Assembly: GCA_021774995.1 (NCBI GenBank) | Contig: JAJFIM010000109.1 | Location: forward strand, 1 to 35,111 | Direction of reading: 5' to 3' | Source: Alphaproteobacteria bacterium | GTDB taxonomy: Bacteria; Pseudomonadota; Alphaproteobacteria; SMXP01 | DNA: 35,111 bases | Shown: piece after piece, positions 35,021 to 35,111 of the stretch | Position numbering within the stretch: position 1 is the first letter of the stretch | Layout of the letters: the number at the start of each line of letters is the position of its first letter | Position numbers and translations under genes: made by a program | Notes under the pieces: model-generated | What the model saw: only the letters and a program-made list of their open reading frames with translations | The model's database searches: none | Told to the model about the DNA's origin: nothing

Positions 35021-35111
35021 ATGGATGATAAGACGGTTCTTATACGCGATGAAATACTTGAAGCGCTTTTGCCGGATATAGCCTTTGACGGCTGGATCTG
35101 GGGCGCTGTGG
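35021..35111 (+). CDS. COQ9-family protein, 5' end only
   Basis: AAGGGG RBS; MDDKTVLIRDEILEALLPDIAFDGW matches the L..ALP.V.FDGW start of bacterial COQ9-like proteins. Confidence 0.7.
   Translation, partial: MDDKTVLIRDEILEALLPDIAFDGWIWGAV

Overview
Chromosomal window from a probable alphaproteobacterium (initiator tRNA with an A-G-G/C-C-U anticodon stem, DUF2924/serine-recombinase pair, COQ9-type gene). It has five parts. (1) 1-3026: left end of an IS1016-group IS1595 element, then an intact DUF1538-DUF1538-PII-like-CBS operon. (2) ~3030-14605: a collapsed stack of elements integrated at tRNA-fMet (14606-14682, - strand), with tRNA 3' copies at 12578-12627 and 6160-6190. Nearly every toxin, nuclease and mobility gene there is broken (HipA, AbiEii pieces, Shedu, HsdS-like, tyrosine integrase, serine recombinase, IS1595 transposase). 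Antitoxins, their operator arrays, one DUF6088-AbiEii pair and a metallophosphoesterase survive. (3) 14776-19602: AsmA-like gene, VTT(DedA)-DUF547 fusion, MerA-like flavin disulfide reductase, arsC remnant, tRNA-Ser(GGA). (4) ~19603-33667: a probable integrase-less island at tRNA-Ser carrying a ZntR-like regulator with its operator, an mscS-CPA2-corA-rimK-astE-nhaA-acvB' operon, several microproteins, Hsp20, a CRP/FNR regulator with a 7-Cys C-terminal tail and three correctly placed FNR boxes, a CBS gene and a flippase-less mprF. (5) A DUF6538 integrase remnant, a lipoprotein and the start of a COQ9-family gene. The best candidates for something undescribed are the C-terminal-Cys CRP/FNR regulator with its microprotein regulon, the RimK/AstE pair inside an ion-homeostasis operon, and the recurring metallophosphoesterase-AbiE linkage. 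All family calls come from motif recognition by eye; no searches were run.
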